Counted from the stretch's first letter, positions 1 to 10,156 are shown. The stretch is DNA of 64,000 nt from an uncultured delta proteobacterium (GCA_963840855.1 CAWJBB010000050.1:123071-187070), one strand, 5' to 3'. Program-made: numbers and translations. The notes: a model not told the origin generated them from the letters alone.

Positions 1-82
1 CATGGTCGCGCCTGCGGGGTATGATCTTGCGCAGGCGGAAAAAGAAGCCGACAAGATCAAAGTGCGCCGAGTAGCGGTTTGA
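1..82 (+). CDS. 3' end of a probable HigA-family antitoxin (partial)
   Basis: Frame ending in TGA at 80-82 reads ...YDLAQAEKEADKIKVRRVAV*, resembling HigA C-termini; only about 26 codons visible. Confidence 0.4.
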   Translation, partial: MVAPAGYDLAQAEKEADKIKVRRVAV

Positions 83-132
83 AAAAGATGCGCAAGAACA
101 TGGCCACTGATTATTTTCATTGAATTAAAGAA

Positions 133-209
133 TGGCGCGCCCGGAGAGATTCGAACCCCCAACCCCCAGATCCGTAGTCTGGTGCTCTGTCCAATTGAGC
201 TACGGGCGC
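133..209 (-). tRNA. tRNA-Arg (anticodon ACG)
   Basis: Reverse complement GCGCCCGTAGCTCAATTGGACAGAGCACCAGACT-ACG-GATCTGGGGGTTGGGGGTTCGAATCTCTCCGGGCGCGCCA: cloverleaf, TTCGAAT T-loop, encoded CCA. Confidence 0.97.
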
Positions 210-228
210 GTTCTGATCAGCCGTCCGC

Positions 229-315
229 CCTTCGACGAGCTCAGGACGAACGGCCAAAGCTTGAATTTTGGCATGTCAGCATCCGTTCGTGGTGAGCATG
301 GCGAACCATGAACGG
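229..315. repeat. REP-like pair (CCTTCGACNNGCTCAGGACGAACGG family) in inverted orientation
   Basis: ccttcgacgagctcaggacgaacgg at ~229-253 and inverted ccgttcgtggtgagcatggcgaaccatgaacgg at ~283-315; similar copies at ~489, ~14417, ~40421, ~44101, ~53540. Confidence 0.7.
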
Positions 316-488
316 ATCTAACGACACAGTCTCTTATGGGAACGGAGAAATAGCGGCGCTGTCATGCCGCAGGAACGCCAAACTACCATAGCCCACAGGC
401 AAATTCCACAAATTGCGCCGACTTCCGATTTCATCCCTATTGCCTAATGCCTGTTGCCTATCCGGTTTCCAAAAAACTCCCTAGGAGT

Positions 489-514
489 CCTTCGACGCGG
501 CTCAGGACGAACGG
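489..514. repeat. REP-like element (CCTTCGAC...CTCAGGACGAACGG family)
   Basis: ccttcgacgcggctcaggacgaacgg, near-identical to the copy at ~229; degenerate inverted partner ccgttcatgttgaggctctc follows at ~542. Confidence 0.65.
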
Positions 515-598
515 AGGGGATTTCATATCATTGATGATTTTCCGTTCATGTTGAGGCTCTCAAAGTATTCCGAACCGTTTTTCAGCAACTGCAAGTGC

Positions 599-1816
599 CT
601 ATTTCTTAAACCAGGGCAACGGGTCGACGGAACGGCCGTCCTTGCGCAGCTCGAAGTACAGCTTGGCTCCGGCAAGCGAGTCGCTGTCGCCGGCCAATCC
701 GAGGGTCTCGCCCCGTTTAACGCTGTCGCCGTTTTTTTTGAGCATCTCGGAGAGATGCGCATAAACGGTGTAATAGCGCTCGCCGTGATCGACAATGATC
801 ATCTTGCCGTAACCGGCGAAGCGGTCGGCAAAAGCCACCGTGCCTTTTTCCACGGCTTTGATATCCTGGCCGAGGGCCGCCCTAATATCGATGCCGTTGC
901 GGAAGACCTCGGCGGCGAACTCGCGGTGCCGGGTCTTGCCGAAGCCGCTCAACAACTCGCCTTTCACCGGCCAGTCAAGCTTGCCATAGAGCGCGCCGAG
1001 GCCGATCCCCGGCGGCGTTGCCGGCGGTTTCCTCACGGCCCGCCGCGACAGCTCATCGATCATCCGTTGTAGCCTGAGCGCCGCCTGCTCCAGTTCCTTT
1101 AGCGCGCGCGTACGCGTCTCTTTTTCTTGCCGGACGCTGGCGAGCAGCTCTTTTTTCTTGTCCCCTTCCCTGCGTATCGCCTCGCGGGCGCCGGCGAGTT
1201 CTTTTCTCTGGCCGTCCAGCTCGTCTTTTTTTTGCGCCAGCTCTTCTCTCAGCTGTTCTTGGACTTTCGCCTCCTCGCTGAGCTGCGTGACCAGATCGCG
1301 GTCGTAAAAGAGCGCCGTTTCCAAATAACGCTTGCGTTGTAGATAGACACCGAGGGGAACGTCGCCGCTGAAAATCATGAACGGACTGCCGCTTCGATGC
1401 CAGCGGTAAAGCGCCACGGCGCGTTCTCTGAACAGCTGGCGCCGTTTCTGGACCGACGACTCGATGGCCGCGGCTTTCGCCTCCTTTTCCTGTAATTCAG
1501 CGGCAATCGATTTGAGCTTACTATTCGCTTCTTTCAGTTCGCCGGTTTTGCGCCCGAGCTCGCTCTCGATTTTCTCCAGAGATTGCAGGAGAGAGCCTTC
1601 CTGCTTGCGCGCCTGGGAAATTCCTTGCTTCTCTCTTTCGATCTTTTTTCTGATTGCCTCCAAATCCTTCTCGACGCTGGCGGCCTGGAGGACCGGGGCG
1701 GACGTCAGAAGGAGCGATATCATCAGCACGGCCCTCACCCTGACCCTCGCCCAGAGGGCGAGGGAAGAGAGCCGCACCGGTTTTAAGGACGGGTGGCGCT
1801 TTTTAAAGCTCGCCAT
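599..1816 (-). CDS. envC: Murein hydrolase activator EnvC-like (coiled coil + M23 domain)
   Basis: Signal peptide, long coiled coil, C-terminal M23-like NGIDI...YGKMIIVDHG...YAHL...LYFELR; directly downstream of ftsEX. Confidence 0.88.
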   Translation of the reverse strand: MASFKKRHPSLKPVRLSSLALWARVRVRAVLMISLLLTSAPVLQAASVEKDLEAIRKKIEREKQGISQARKQEGSLLQSLEKIESELGRKTGELKEANSKLKSIAAELQEKEAKAAAIESSVQKRRQLFRERAVALYRWHRSGSPFMIFSGDVPLGVYLQRKRYLETALFYDRDLVTQLSEEAKVQEQLREELAQKKDELDGQRKELAGAREAIRREGDKKKELLASVRQEKETRTRALKELEQAALRLQRMIDELSRRAVRKPPATPPGIGLGALYGKLDWPVKGELLSGFGKTRHREFAAEVFRNGIDIRAALGQDIKAVEKGTVAFADRFAGYGKMIIVDHGERYYTVYAHLSEMLKKNGDSVKRGETLGLAGDSDSLAGAKLYFELRKDGRSVDPLPWFKK

Positions 1817-2712
1817 GTTCGAATGAAGCTCCGAAGCGAGAACAGGCTACCGGCGGACCCTAAAAACCAGCCGAGCAGCAAGATGAGCGCCATGCCGTTG
1901 ATATCGAGAAATTGCCATTGCTTCGGCGCGCCCCACATCCCTCCGGAAAGGGAAAATTTTTGCTGCGCCAACTCGAAAGCGCCCCACAACCCCGCAACCG
2001 CCAGCACGCCGCCAACAAGCCCCAGAACCATGCCTTCCAGCACGAACGGCGCCCGGATCATCGTCCGTGACGATCCCACTAGTTGCATGATTTCGATTTC
2101 GTCCCGGCGGGCGAGGATCGCCAGCTTCACCGTACTGCCGACGATGAAGAAAGTAATGGCGAACAACCCTCCGGCTAGAATCCATTTCACCCACTCCACC
2201 GCCAGCACCAGCAGGCTCAGCCGGTCGATCCAATCCCGCGGGTATTCGACGAGGGTAATCCCCTTTTCCAGCTTGAGGCGCGCGGCCAGGCGCTCCACCA
2301 GCGGCGTGTCACGAAAGGCGGGCTGCACCGCGATTTCGAGAGAAGACGGCAATACATCGGCGGGCAAACCGTCGAGCACATTGGACTGCGCGCCCAGGGC
2401 AGCGTGAAAATCGCGCCACGCCTGTTCCTGGGTAATATGGCGCACGCGCAAAACCTCAGGAAGCGCGCGCACGCGATTCAACAAACTTTCGGTTTCACTG
2501 ACGCCGAGCCCGCGCTCTAAATACGCATTGAGCTGAATCTGATCGCCCCACCCTTTGAGCAAGCTCTGAAGATTGGTTTCCAATAGCATGAAGGAGCCAA
2601 AAATGAACAAGGTCATCGCCATGGTCCCCGACGTGAGCATGTGGGTCCAGAGCAGCTCGCGCAGATTGCTCGACGCGCGGCGCACTACAAAGGACATTTG
2701 CGACCAGCTCAT
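1783..2712 (-). CDS. ftsX: Cell division permease FtsX
   Basis: 4-TM topology, ARRDEIEIMQLVG...IRAPFVLEG motif, overlaps ftsE stop. Confidence 0.93.
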   Translation of the reverse strand: MSWSQMSFVVRRASSNLRELLWTHMLTSGTMAMTLFIFGSFMLLETNLQSLLKGWGDQIQLNAYLERGLGVSETESLLNRVRALPEVLRVRHITQEQAWRDFHAALGAQSNVLDGLPADVLPSSLEIAVQPAFRDTPLVERLAARLKLEKGITLVEYPRDWIDRLSLLVLAVEWVKWILAGGLFAITFFIVGSTVKLAILARRDEIEIMQLVGSSRTMIRAPFVLEGMVLGLVGGVLAVAGLWGAFELAQQKFSLSGGMWGAPKQWQFLDINGMALILLLGWFLGSAGSLFSLRSFIRTWRALKSATRP

Positions 2713-3398
2713 GCGCCGCTGCCTTTTTTGACCTTGCGTTCCAGATCTTCCGCGAGCAGCCCGGCGCGCAGGTAAATGATGCGCGTGCCGTAACGCTGGA
2801 TGAGGTCGAGATCATGGCTCGCGATAATCAGTGTCGTGCCGCGCCCGCGGATGGCGAGAAATAGGCGCATGATTTCGTCGGCGATCTGCGAATCGAGATT
2901 GCCCGTGGGCTCGTCCGCAAGTACGAGCCATGGTTCGTTGACCAGAGCCCGGGCGATGGCCACCCGCTGTTGCTCTCCGCCCGATAATGCCAACGGCCGG
3001 GCGTCAGATTTTTTTTGCATGCCCAGCTCGCTGAGCAACCGATAGGCGCGATTATGACTTTCCTTCCTCGGCACGCCGATCACTTCAGCCGCCAGGGCAA
3101 CGTTTTCCAATGCGCTCAGGCGCGACAGCAGCTTGAATTCTTGAAACACCAAACCGATCCGGCGGCGCAACCGGGCGACTCCGCGGCTGTTTAACCGGCC
3201 GATATTTTGGCCGTTTAACGATATCTCCCCTTGGCTGGGCTCTTCGTCACGGAAGAGCAACCTGAGCAGCGTGGTTTTACCGGCGCCGCTGGGGCCGGTG
3301 ACGAAAACGAATTCCCCTTCGTCGATTGTCAACGTAATGTCGGTCAGAGCCGCCGAATCGGGCGGGTAGGCTTTAGAAACGTGGTGGAACTGGATCAT
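2709..3398 (-). CDS. ftsE: Cell division ABC ATPase FtsE
   Basis: GPSGAGKTT Walker A, LSGGEQQRVAIARA, ADEPTGNLD; operon with ftsX. Confidence 0.93.
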   Translation of the reverse strand: MIQFHHVSKAYPPDSAALTDITLTIDEGEFVFVTGPSGAGKTTLLRLLFRDEEPSQGEISLNGQNIGRLNSRGVARLRRRIGLVFQEFKLLSRLSALENVALAAEVIGVPRKESHNRAYRLLSELGMQKKSDARPLALSGGEQQRVAIARALVNEPWLVLADEPTGNLDSQIADEIMRLFLAIRGRGTTLIIASHDLDLIQRYGTRIIYLRAGLLAEDLERKVKKGSGA

Positions 3399-3460
3399 CG
3401 AAACAGCGTCGACAGGGCAGAAGCGAGCGCCGCGGGCACGGCCCTGATCCGTCGATAAAG

Positions 3461-3570
3461 GGCGCTTGCTTCGTTGTCACGTCGGACTCGCATCCTCACG
3501 TACTGCCGATGTACGCTCCGGTGCGAGCCCTCGCTCCGCCTCGCACCGACCGCCTCTCGACGGCCAGGTT
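3461..3570. repeat. Possible degenerate MITE/REP-like element
   Basis: Intergenic ...cgttg...tcctcacgtactg...gtacgctccgg...ctcgc... pattern with internal palindrome gtac-tgccgat-gtac; single copy in window. Confidence 0.35.
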
Positions 3571-3620
3571 ACTCAGATAGATAGGACCTTACACACGGAT
3601 TATGGGCACGAACAAATTGC

Positions 3621-3649
3621 TTGACATGGAAAAACTCGGTTGTTAGAGT
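3621..3649 (+). promoter_or_regulatory. Sigma70-type promoter of the radical SAM gene
   Basis: TTGACA-N17-TAGAGT with TG extension, 35 nt upstream of ATG 3685. Confidence 0.65.
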
Positions 3650-3684
3650 CACTAAACTCAAACCGCCTGCTTCATTTATAAAAG

Positions 3685-5940
3685 ATGCTCGGCCAAGTTA
3701 CAAGCAATCATCGCGTCGCCGCGGACGTACCGGCTCATATCGCCGCGCATAAATTTCGCGTCGTTCTGATCAAACCTTCTAAATACGACGACGACGGCTA
3801 CGTCATTCGCTTCTGGAGAGGCGTGCTGCCCAGCAACACGTTGAACGTATTGCATGGTCTCACCGATGACGTGCGCGAGCGCCGGTTCCTAGGCGATCTG
3901 CCCATCGAAGTGACGACCTTCGACGAAACCGCTGAAAAAGTTCCCGTCAAGAAGATACTCCGCTGGGGCCGCGAGGCCGGCACCAAACTCCTGGTTTGTA
4001 TGGTCGGAGTGCAGACCAACCAGTTCCCCCGCGCCCTCGACATGGCGCGCATTTTCCGCGCCGCGGGCATCACCGTTATCATGGGCGGCTTTCATACCAG
4101 CGGCACCATCAATATGCTGGGGGAGCAGGAGCCGGATATTCAGGAACTGGTCCGTGAATCCATTTGCGTGGTTTCCGGCGAAGTCGAAGGTAAATGGGAG
4201 ATGATCCTGTCCGATTTTCTCCACGGCCGGTTGCGACCGATTTACAGCTTCGCCCAGGACTTGCAGAGCCTGGTGGACATTGGCGACGCGCCGCTGCCGA
4301 AAACCAGTCCGAAGACCATGGAGCATTTCGCCCACCCGGCGTGGGGCACCGCCGATACTTCGCGCGGCTGCCCCTTCGCATGCACGTTCTGCACGATCAT
4401 AAACGTGCAGGGGCGCAAGATGCGTGAGCGCAGCCCGGAAAGCATCGCCGCGATGATGCGCCGGAACTACCTGGCCAGCGGCATCACTTTTTATTTTTTC
4501 ACTGACGACAATTTCGCGCGCAAGAAACTCTGGCGCGAGACTTTCGAAGAGATCATCAAGCTGCGCGAGGAAGGCATCAAGATTACCTTCATGATGCAGG
4601 TGGATCTGGCGCGCAAGCCCAAGGACTTCGTCAGGCTGGCGGCCAAGGCCGGCTGCACACAGGTCTTCATCGGCATGGAAAGCGTCAATCCGCAGAACCT
4701 GAAAGCCGAAGGCAAGCAGCAGAACCACGTCGAAGAGTACCGCGCGATCATTAAGGAATGGCACGACGCGGGCGTGGTCGTGCACGCGGGCTACATCATC
4801 GGTTTGCCCTGGGACTCCAAGGAGCAGGTGCCCCAAGATATCCAATTTCTCATCAATGAAGTCGGGCCGGATCAGGCTTCGTTCTTCATGTTAACCCCGC
4901 TGCCGGGGTCCCATGACCATCGTGAGATGAGAAACCGCGGCGAATGGATGGACCCGGATTTCAATAAACGCGACTCCTTTCACGCCACCATCGAACACCC
5001 GCGCATGAGCGCCGAGGAATGGACCGAGGCTTACGAAACTGCCTGGAAGACTTTCTACAGCAAAGAGAACATGATTCGGGTCCTGTCACTTTGGAAAGAT
5101 CATCCGCGCAACTATTGGAACCTGATGTCGATCTTTTTCTGGTACAAAAACGCCGCATTGATTGAGAAGCAGCATCCCATGGTGGCCGGCTTCTTCCGCC
5201 TCAAGGAACGCAAAGCGCGGCGCCCCGGATACGCCGTCGATTCTCTGGCGGTTCATATCTGGCGGCGCGCCGGGGAAATCTCGCAGCTGATAGTCACCTG
5301 GGCCAAGTTCCTCAAGGAGATGGAAGAGGTCTGGCTCCAGACGCGCAAAAGGAGCGAAACCGAGGAGCGCTGGCTGGCCCAGCTGCAAGGGTTGCAAACG
5401 GACGTCTCACAGGCGCTCAGGATCGGCGAGCTGCAGAAAATCTATGCCAACGCCAAAGAATCGCTGTCGGAACGGGCCAACACCCTGCTGGAACCGCTGG
5501 ACGAACTCGCATCAAAGATCATTTTCAACCGCGGCGATCTCAATCGTCTCTTGAAGCAATGGGAAGGATTACAGGGCCACATCCAGGAACTGCGGACGTG
5601 GGAAACCGAAACCGCCCGGCGCTGGCTCGATGAAATGCACGATACGTTGGCCCATGTTCGGTTCGGCGATCGGCTGCAAGAGTGGCAAGACTCTTATTCT
5701 CGTCTGCGCGACTCCTTGCCCCCGAAGTTTCAACTACAATGGCTCAGATTCGACGCGATCAACAACCGCGTCTTTTATTCCCGCCAGGATCTGCAACGCC
5801 TCTGGGCCCAGACCATTACCGATCTGCGCCGCATGAACCTATGGCAGATTCGTCCGTGGAAGGTTACCCGCGCGGTGGTCAAGGACTTTATCCTGACGAC
5901 AAGGTTCGCCTTTACTTTCAAGGAACTTTCCAAAGAGTAA
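3685..5940 (+). CDS. B12-binding-domain-type radical SAM protein with long helical C-terminal extension
   Basis: SRGCPFACTFC (CxxxCxxC), FTDDNF, GMES, YIIGLP motifs; N-terminal domain with VIMGGFH. Confidence 0.85.
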   Translation: MLGQVTSNHRVAADVPAHIAAHKFRVVLIKPSKYDDDGYVIRFWRGVLPSNTLNVLHGLTDDVRERRFLGDLPIEVTTFDETAEKVPVKKILRWGREAGTKLLVCMVGVQTNQFPRALDMARIFRAAGITVIMGGFHTSGTINMLGEQEPDIQELVRESICVVSGEVEGKWEMILSDFLHGRLRPIYSFAQDLQSLVDIGDAPLPKTSPKTMEHFAHPAWGTADTSRGCPFACTFCTIINVQGRKMRERSPESIAAMMRRNYLASGITFYFFTDDNFARKKLWRETFEEIIKLREEGIKITFMMQVDLARKPKDFVRLAAKAGCTQVFIGMESVNPQNLKAEGKQQNHVEEYRAIIKEWHDAGVVVHAGYIIGLPWDSKEQVPQDIQFLINEVGPDQASFFMLTPLPGSHDHREMRNRGEWMDPDFNKRDSFHATIEHPRMSAEEWTEAYETAWKTFYSKENMIRVLSLWKDHPRNYWNLMSIFFWYKNAALIEKQHPMVAGFFRLKERKARRPGYAVDSLAVHIWRRAGEISQLIVTWAKFLKEMEEVWLQTRKRSETEERWLAQLQGLQTDVSQALRIGELQKIYANAKESLSERANTLLEPLDELASKIIFNRGDLNRLLKQWEGLQGHIQELRTWETETARRWLDEMHDTLAHVRFGDRLQEWQDSYSRLRDSLPPKFQLQWLRFDAINNRVFYSRQDLQRLWAQTITDLRRMNLWQIRPWKVTRAVVKDFILTTRFAFTFKELSKE

Positions 5941-5969
5941 GCGGGCGGCGCCATCATTGCGTGGCGCCA

Positions 5970-6112
5970 GTTCAACGTTCAAAGTTCAAGGTTTCAGACT
6001 GAACGACTTTGACTACAAATCAAACTGAACCACAACCCGGGTTTTGGCCATCCCCGAGTAAACGATACCAATTTGATTCCGGAACTTTGAACATTGAACC
6101 TTGAACTTTGAC
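5970..6112. repeat. GTTCAAN heptamer inverted-repeat element
   Basis: gttcaac-gttcaaa-gttcaag-gtttcag ... ggaact-ttgaaca-ttgaacc-ttgaact between convergent genes. Confidence 0.85.
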
Positions 6113-6117
6113 CTTAC

Positions 6118-6954
6118 TTAATGGATGGACGTTCCCCGCCTCGCCAAATCCACGAGCTGATCCCTGATCTTTTCGGCGTCCGGCGCGTCCGGCGCAAGGC
6201 GTAAGTAGCTTTCAAAATCCGTCTTCGCTTGAGGAAAATATTCCAGCGCCAGATAAACCTGGCCGCGCTCGCGCAGATCCTCGGCAAGATTCGGTTCTGC
6301 GATCGTCATCCGGTCAAGCGCCGCCAGAGCCTTCACGAGGTCGCGCTGCCTGAGATATATGAACTTGAGATTATTCAGCATGCGCCTGAGAATCTGCCTC
6401 TTCGTGACCGGATCAAGAAGCTGCGGGCTCAACGCCACCGGCTTGCCGTATAATCCGGCCAGCAACTGTTGCAGGCTATCAGGAGTCCTAATATCGCCGC
6501 CGTTAAATGGATCAATGACGATCTCTTCGCGGTCGTCCAGATATTTGACGAGAAAATGGCCGGGGAAGCCGACGCCCAACAACGGCAAACCGATGCGCCG
6601 GGCCACTTCCATATATAAGACGGACAAGGTTATGGGGATGCCGATGCGGCGATCGATGACTTCGTTCAAGAAACTGTTTTTCGCGTCGAAATAATCGTCG
6701 CGGTTGCCCCGGAAAGCGCACTTTTGAAACAGGACGTAATTGAGCGCGGCGATGGAGCGGTGCGGACCACTCTCATCGCCGGTCAGATGTTTGGTCACTG
6801 CTATCGCCAATTCGTCGATGCGCGCGAGATACGCGGTGGTATCGAGCCGCGGGTACTCAGACTCAGCGATGGCCAGCGCGGCGCGGCCCAAATCGAGCGC
6901 CTCCTCCGGCCGCTCGACCGCGCGGCGAAATTCTTCGTAGGGATCGGCTGCCAT
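6118..6954 (-). CDS. SirB1/transglutaminase-like protein with TPR
   Basis: FRGNRDDY...NSFLNEVIDRRIGIPITLSVLY...GVGFPGHFLV, IDPFNGG, RMLNNLK, C-terminal TPR. Confidence 0.9.
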   Translation of the reverse strand: MAADPYEEFRRAVERPEEALDLGRAALAIAESEYPRLDTTAYLARIDELAIAVTKHLTGDESGPHRSIAALNYVLFQKCAFRGNRDDYFDAKNSFLNEVIDRRIGIPITLSVLYMEVARRIGLPLLGVGFPGHFLVKYLDDREEIVIDPFNGGDIRTPDSLQQLLAGLYGKPVALSPQLLDPVTKRQILRRMLNNLKFIYLRQRDLVKALAALDRMTIAEPNLAEDLRERGQVYLALEYFPQAKTDFESYLRLAPDAPDAEKIRDQLVDLARRGTSIH

Positions 6955-6963
6955 CTGTGGACC

Positions 6964-7041
6964 GGTTCAAAGTTCAAGGTTCAAAGTTCAATGTCCCCTC
7001 CCCACCTTGAACGTTGAACCTTGAACATTGAACTTTGAACT
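6964..7041. repeat. GTTCAAN heptamer inverted-repeat element
   Basis: Four GTTCAAN units followed by five TTGAACN units. Confidence 0.9.
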
Positions 7042-7046
7042 TCCGG

Positions 7047-8828
7047 TTAGCGCGGTTCCGAGATGACATCCACCAGATACGGGAGCTGTTTCTCCTTGAC
7101 GTATTTGAGACCGCGCTCCAGTGCCGGCCTCAAGTCGGCCGGATTGTGCACCGGCCCTTCGCCGCTGACGCCGAAAGACTGCGCCATCTTGGCAAAATCC
7201 ACTGCCGGATCATCAACGTGGGTGCCGATGCCGGCGTTTTCCACGGGCCGCTTGCGGAACTTGGCGACCTCGATGCCATGCTCCTCGGAATTGTAGAACG
7301 ACTGGTTATTGTGCATCACCATGAGCAATGGAATCCGATGCTTGGCGGCTGTCCAAAGCGAACTCGATGTCATCAACATATCGCCGTCCGATTGAATGCC
7401 AACGGCGAACTTGCCGCTGCCCTTGAGTGCGAGCGCCGCTCCGATAGCGGCGCTGGCGCCATAGCCGACCCCCGCGCCGCCGCTGGCGCCGAGATATTGA
7501 TTCGGTTTGGAAAAGTCCCATAGCCGGCGGGCCCAACCGTTGGACGTTCCGTTCACGAGAACCCAGTCTTCCTTTTTGATGACTTCTCCCAGCTCAAGGG
7601 CCAGCCACGCCGTCGAAATGTCCTTGAGCGAACCCTTGGCCCGGGCGTCGGCCTGCCATTTGGCCCGTCGCGCTTTATGCTTCTCACCCAGTTCCCTGCG
7701 CCGCGCTTCGACGGCATCCTTTTTCTTGGCGTCGTTGCCGAGCAGCTCGCGGCACAGCCGCGTGAGCTCGGGCAGCGCGACGAAGGTGTCAGCGGACATC
7801 GCAATATCAAGCGCCTGCAACGCCTGATAGTCGCCAGCCCAGGAATGCACCAGCATATCGTTCATCGAGATGCTGATGAGCTTTACGGCCGGCGCGGTAA
7901 CATATTCACAGTCGCGGGTCTGTTTGCTGACGGTAGTAATGGAGCCGAAGATATCACCCACGTCGAGGGCCAAGATGACATCCGCCTTCGCCAGCAGATC
8001 GCGCGCGCCATCGGTTGCGTCCAGCGAATTAACCGTCGGAAAATTGAAGCGCGCGCCTTTATCCACCACCGGAGCGGCCAGAAGTTCCGCCAATCCGACC
8101 AACAGCGGTACACTCTTGGGATTGCGCCCGAGAGTATCCGCGATGATCAGCGGCGCCTGGGCGCCGACCAGCAATTCAGCCGCTTTGCGTAGCGCCTCCG
8201 GATTCGCCTGCGTCGGCGCAGGCGGCGCGAAACGGTTCACGTCGGGAATCTCCGTGGCTTTGCTGATAGCGTCTTCCTGAATGTCGGCATCGTAATTGAT
8301 GTAAATGGGCGCCATGGGATCCGTGGTAGCGATGCGGTAGCCGCGGATGAAGGAATCCGGCACGTCGGCGAGAGTATAGGGTTGGTCGTCCCATTTCACG
8401 TAATCGCGCACCTGATTGCCCTGGACCAGCGCCGTATGAATCCAGTCGATGCGCGGGCGGCGCCGTTTGGTGTTCATTGGGCCGGTGCCGCCGAGCACGA
8501 TCACCGGCACGCGATCGATGTAGGCGTTGAAAATCGCCATGCTCGCGTGCTGCAAACCCACCATATTGTGCACGATGGCGATCATCGGCTTGCCCTTGGC
8601 CTTGGCGTAGCCATGGGCGACCGCCACCGAAACCTCTTCATGATTGCAAAAGATGACTTCCGGTTTGTAGTTGCCGCCGTAGTTCACGATGGAATCGTGA
8701 ATGCCGCGAAAGGTCGCGCCCGGATTGAAGGCGGCGTATTCGATATCGAACGCCTTCATCAAATCGACGACCACGTCGGAGCCGTACTCCGGCTGCTTCC
8801 TTTCTTCCCTGCTCTGTGCTTTAGCCAC
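7047..8828 (-). CDS. Thiamine pyrophosphate-binding enzyme (acetolactate synthase/benzoylformate decarboxylase-like)
   Basis: NPGATFRGIHDS, HEEVSVAVAHGYAK, SDGD...HNNQ TPP motif. Confidence 0.9.
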   Translation of the reverse strand: MAKAQSREERKQPEYGSDVVVDLMKAFDIEYAAFNPGATFRGIHDSIVNYGGNYKPEVIFCNHEEVSVAVAHGYAKAKGKPMIAIVHNMVGLQHASMAIFNAYIDRVPVIVLGGTGPMNTKRRRPRIDWIHTALVQGNQVRDYVKWDDQPYTLADVPDSFIRGYRIATTDPMAPIYINYDADIQEDAISKATEIPDVNRFAPPAPTQANPEALRKAAELLVGAQAPLIIADTLGRNPKSVPLLVGLAELLAAPVVDKGARFNFPTVNSLDATDGARDLLAKADVILALDVGDIFGSITTVSKQTRDCEYVTAPAVKLISISMNDMLVHSWAGDYQALQALDIAMSADTFVALPELTRLCRELLGNDAKKKDAVEARRRELGEKHKARRAKWQADARAKGSLKDISTAWLALELGEVIKKEDWVLVNGTSNGWARRLWDFSKPNQYLGASGGAGVGYGASAAIGAALALKGSGKFAVGIQSDGDMLMTSSSLWTAAKHRIPLLMVMHNNQSFYNSEEHGIEVAKFRKRPVENAGIGTHVDDPAVDFAKMAQSFGVSGEGPVHNPADLRPALERGLKYVKEKQLPYLVDVISEPR

Positions 8829-8901
8829 TGTGAGGTTCCTCCCGTGAAATTTGTGTAAGGCTCTCCATATCAGGAATCGCGGGCGGTGGCTAGCGCCACC
8901 A

Positions 8902-8993
8902 GTTCAAAACGTTCAAGCCGTTCAAAACGTTCAAGCCGTCGAACAATCCGGAAATCGTTTTGAACTATTTGAACGGTTTGAACGACTTGAACG
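8902..8993. repeat. GTTCAA 9-nt-period inverted-repeat element
   Basis: gttcaaaac-gttcaagcc-gttcaaaac-gttcaagcc ... ttgaactat-ttgaacggt-ttgaacgac-ttgaacg. Confidence 0.85.
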
Positions 8994-9004
8994 CTTCTAT
9001 GTAG

Positions 9005-9898
9005 TTACTTTCCGATCTGCAACAAGCCCTTTTCATAAAACAGCTCCAGCGTGCCCATCAGATCGCCGTCCCGCGCCCCACTCGCCGATGCCTTGCTGAG
9101 ATCGAGGGATGCGATGGCTTCGAGCACCTGTCCAACCGCCGGCGCCATCAGCGCCGTCATGCCGTAATGACTAAACGTCCGTGTCAGCTCGTCCATTTCT
9201 TCGGCGCGGCGGCCGGCGTGAATGCGCAGGCCGACGACGCTGGAAGAAATTTTATCCAGCAAGCCGGGAAAACTCTCCTCATATTGGGCGCGAATCTGGT
9301 TCAATAAACCGAAGCGCTGCGCGCCCATGAGCAGCTCACAGAACAGCCCCTGAAGCCCCTTGGTCAAGCCTGCATAGACGACTTTGAACGCCGAAGCCTG
9401 GCTGGTGTTCGGTCCGAGAACCCGAACGGGTATGCCGAAAGGCTCTAAGTCCCGCGCGCGCTCGGCAGCGCCGCCGGAGACATAGACGATGGTTCCCTTG
9501 CCCATCCTGGAGGCGGCGCCGATGATGCAGCCATCGATGAAACTTACGCCGGCCGGCGTCAAAACGCCCGCGATGTCTTCCGCCGTCATCGGCGATATCG
9601 CATTGGCGTCAAGATACAATAAATTCTTGCGCCCCGACTGCGCCGCCGCCTCTGCGATTTTGTCAGCGACCCGCTTGGCCGCCGACGGAATAACGATGGA
9701 AACGATCAGCTCCGCGTCGTTGACCAACTGGGCCATGGACGGCAGCGATTTGACCCCGGCGTTTTCCGCCCGCTCGCGGCTCGTTTCGCCGCGGTCTTTG
9801 TCATAGGTCAGAACCTCGACGCCGTGGCTCTTCAACAGCTTTGCCCAGTGAAAACCCATCTCGCCTATGCTCATGATACCAATGCGTTGGAAACCCAT
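9005..9898 (-). CDS. NAD(P)-dependent oxidoreductase (6-phosphogluconate/3-hydroxyisobutyrate DH-like, DUF1932-type C-terminus)
   Basis: IGIMSIGEMG Rossmann, DANAISP, ASAFKVVYAGLTKG, HAGRRAEEM. Confidence 0.85.
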   Translation of the reverse strand: MGFQRIGIMSIGEMGFHWAKLLKSHGVEVLTYDKDRGETSRERAENAGVKSLPSMAQLVNDAELIVSIVIPSAAKRVADKIAEAAAQSGRKNLLYLDANAISPMTAEDIAGVLTPAGVSFIDGCIIGAASRMGKGTIVYVSGGAAERARDLEPFGIPVRVLGPNTSQASAFKVVYAGLTKGLQGLFCELLMGAQRFGLLNQIRAQYEESFPGLLDKISSSVVGLRIHAGRRAEEMDELTRTFSHYGMTALMAPAVGQVLEAIASLDLSKASASGARDGDLMGTLELFYEKGLLQIGK

Positions 9899-10156
9899 GG
9901 TTCACTCCTTGATTTTATCTGCAAGAGAAAGAGCCGCGCTAACGACGACGCACTGACAGGCTTCTACCAACCTGTCTATGTCACATCGCGCATCGAGATT
10001 AAAGAACTTAGAAAGACTAGGGGTGGCTCAGACTGAAGGGAAATCTCGCGAGTTTATCCCCAAAATTTGAACCTTGAACTGAAATTGCTTCCGGCTCGAA
10101 AGATCTATCCAGGAAGGCGCTGCCGGGAAACGACTTTATCGGTAAGACTTATACTG

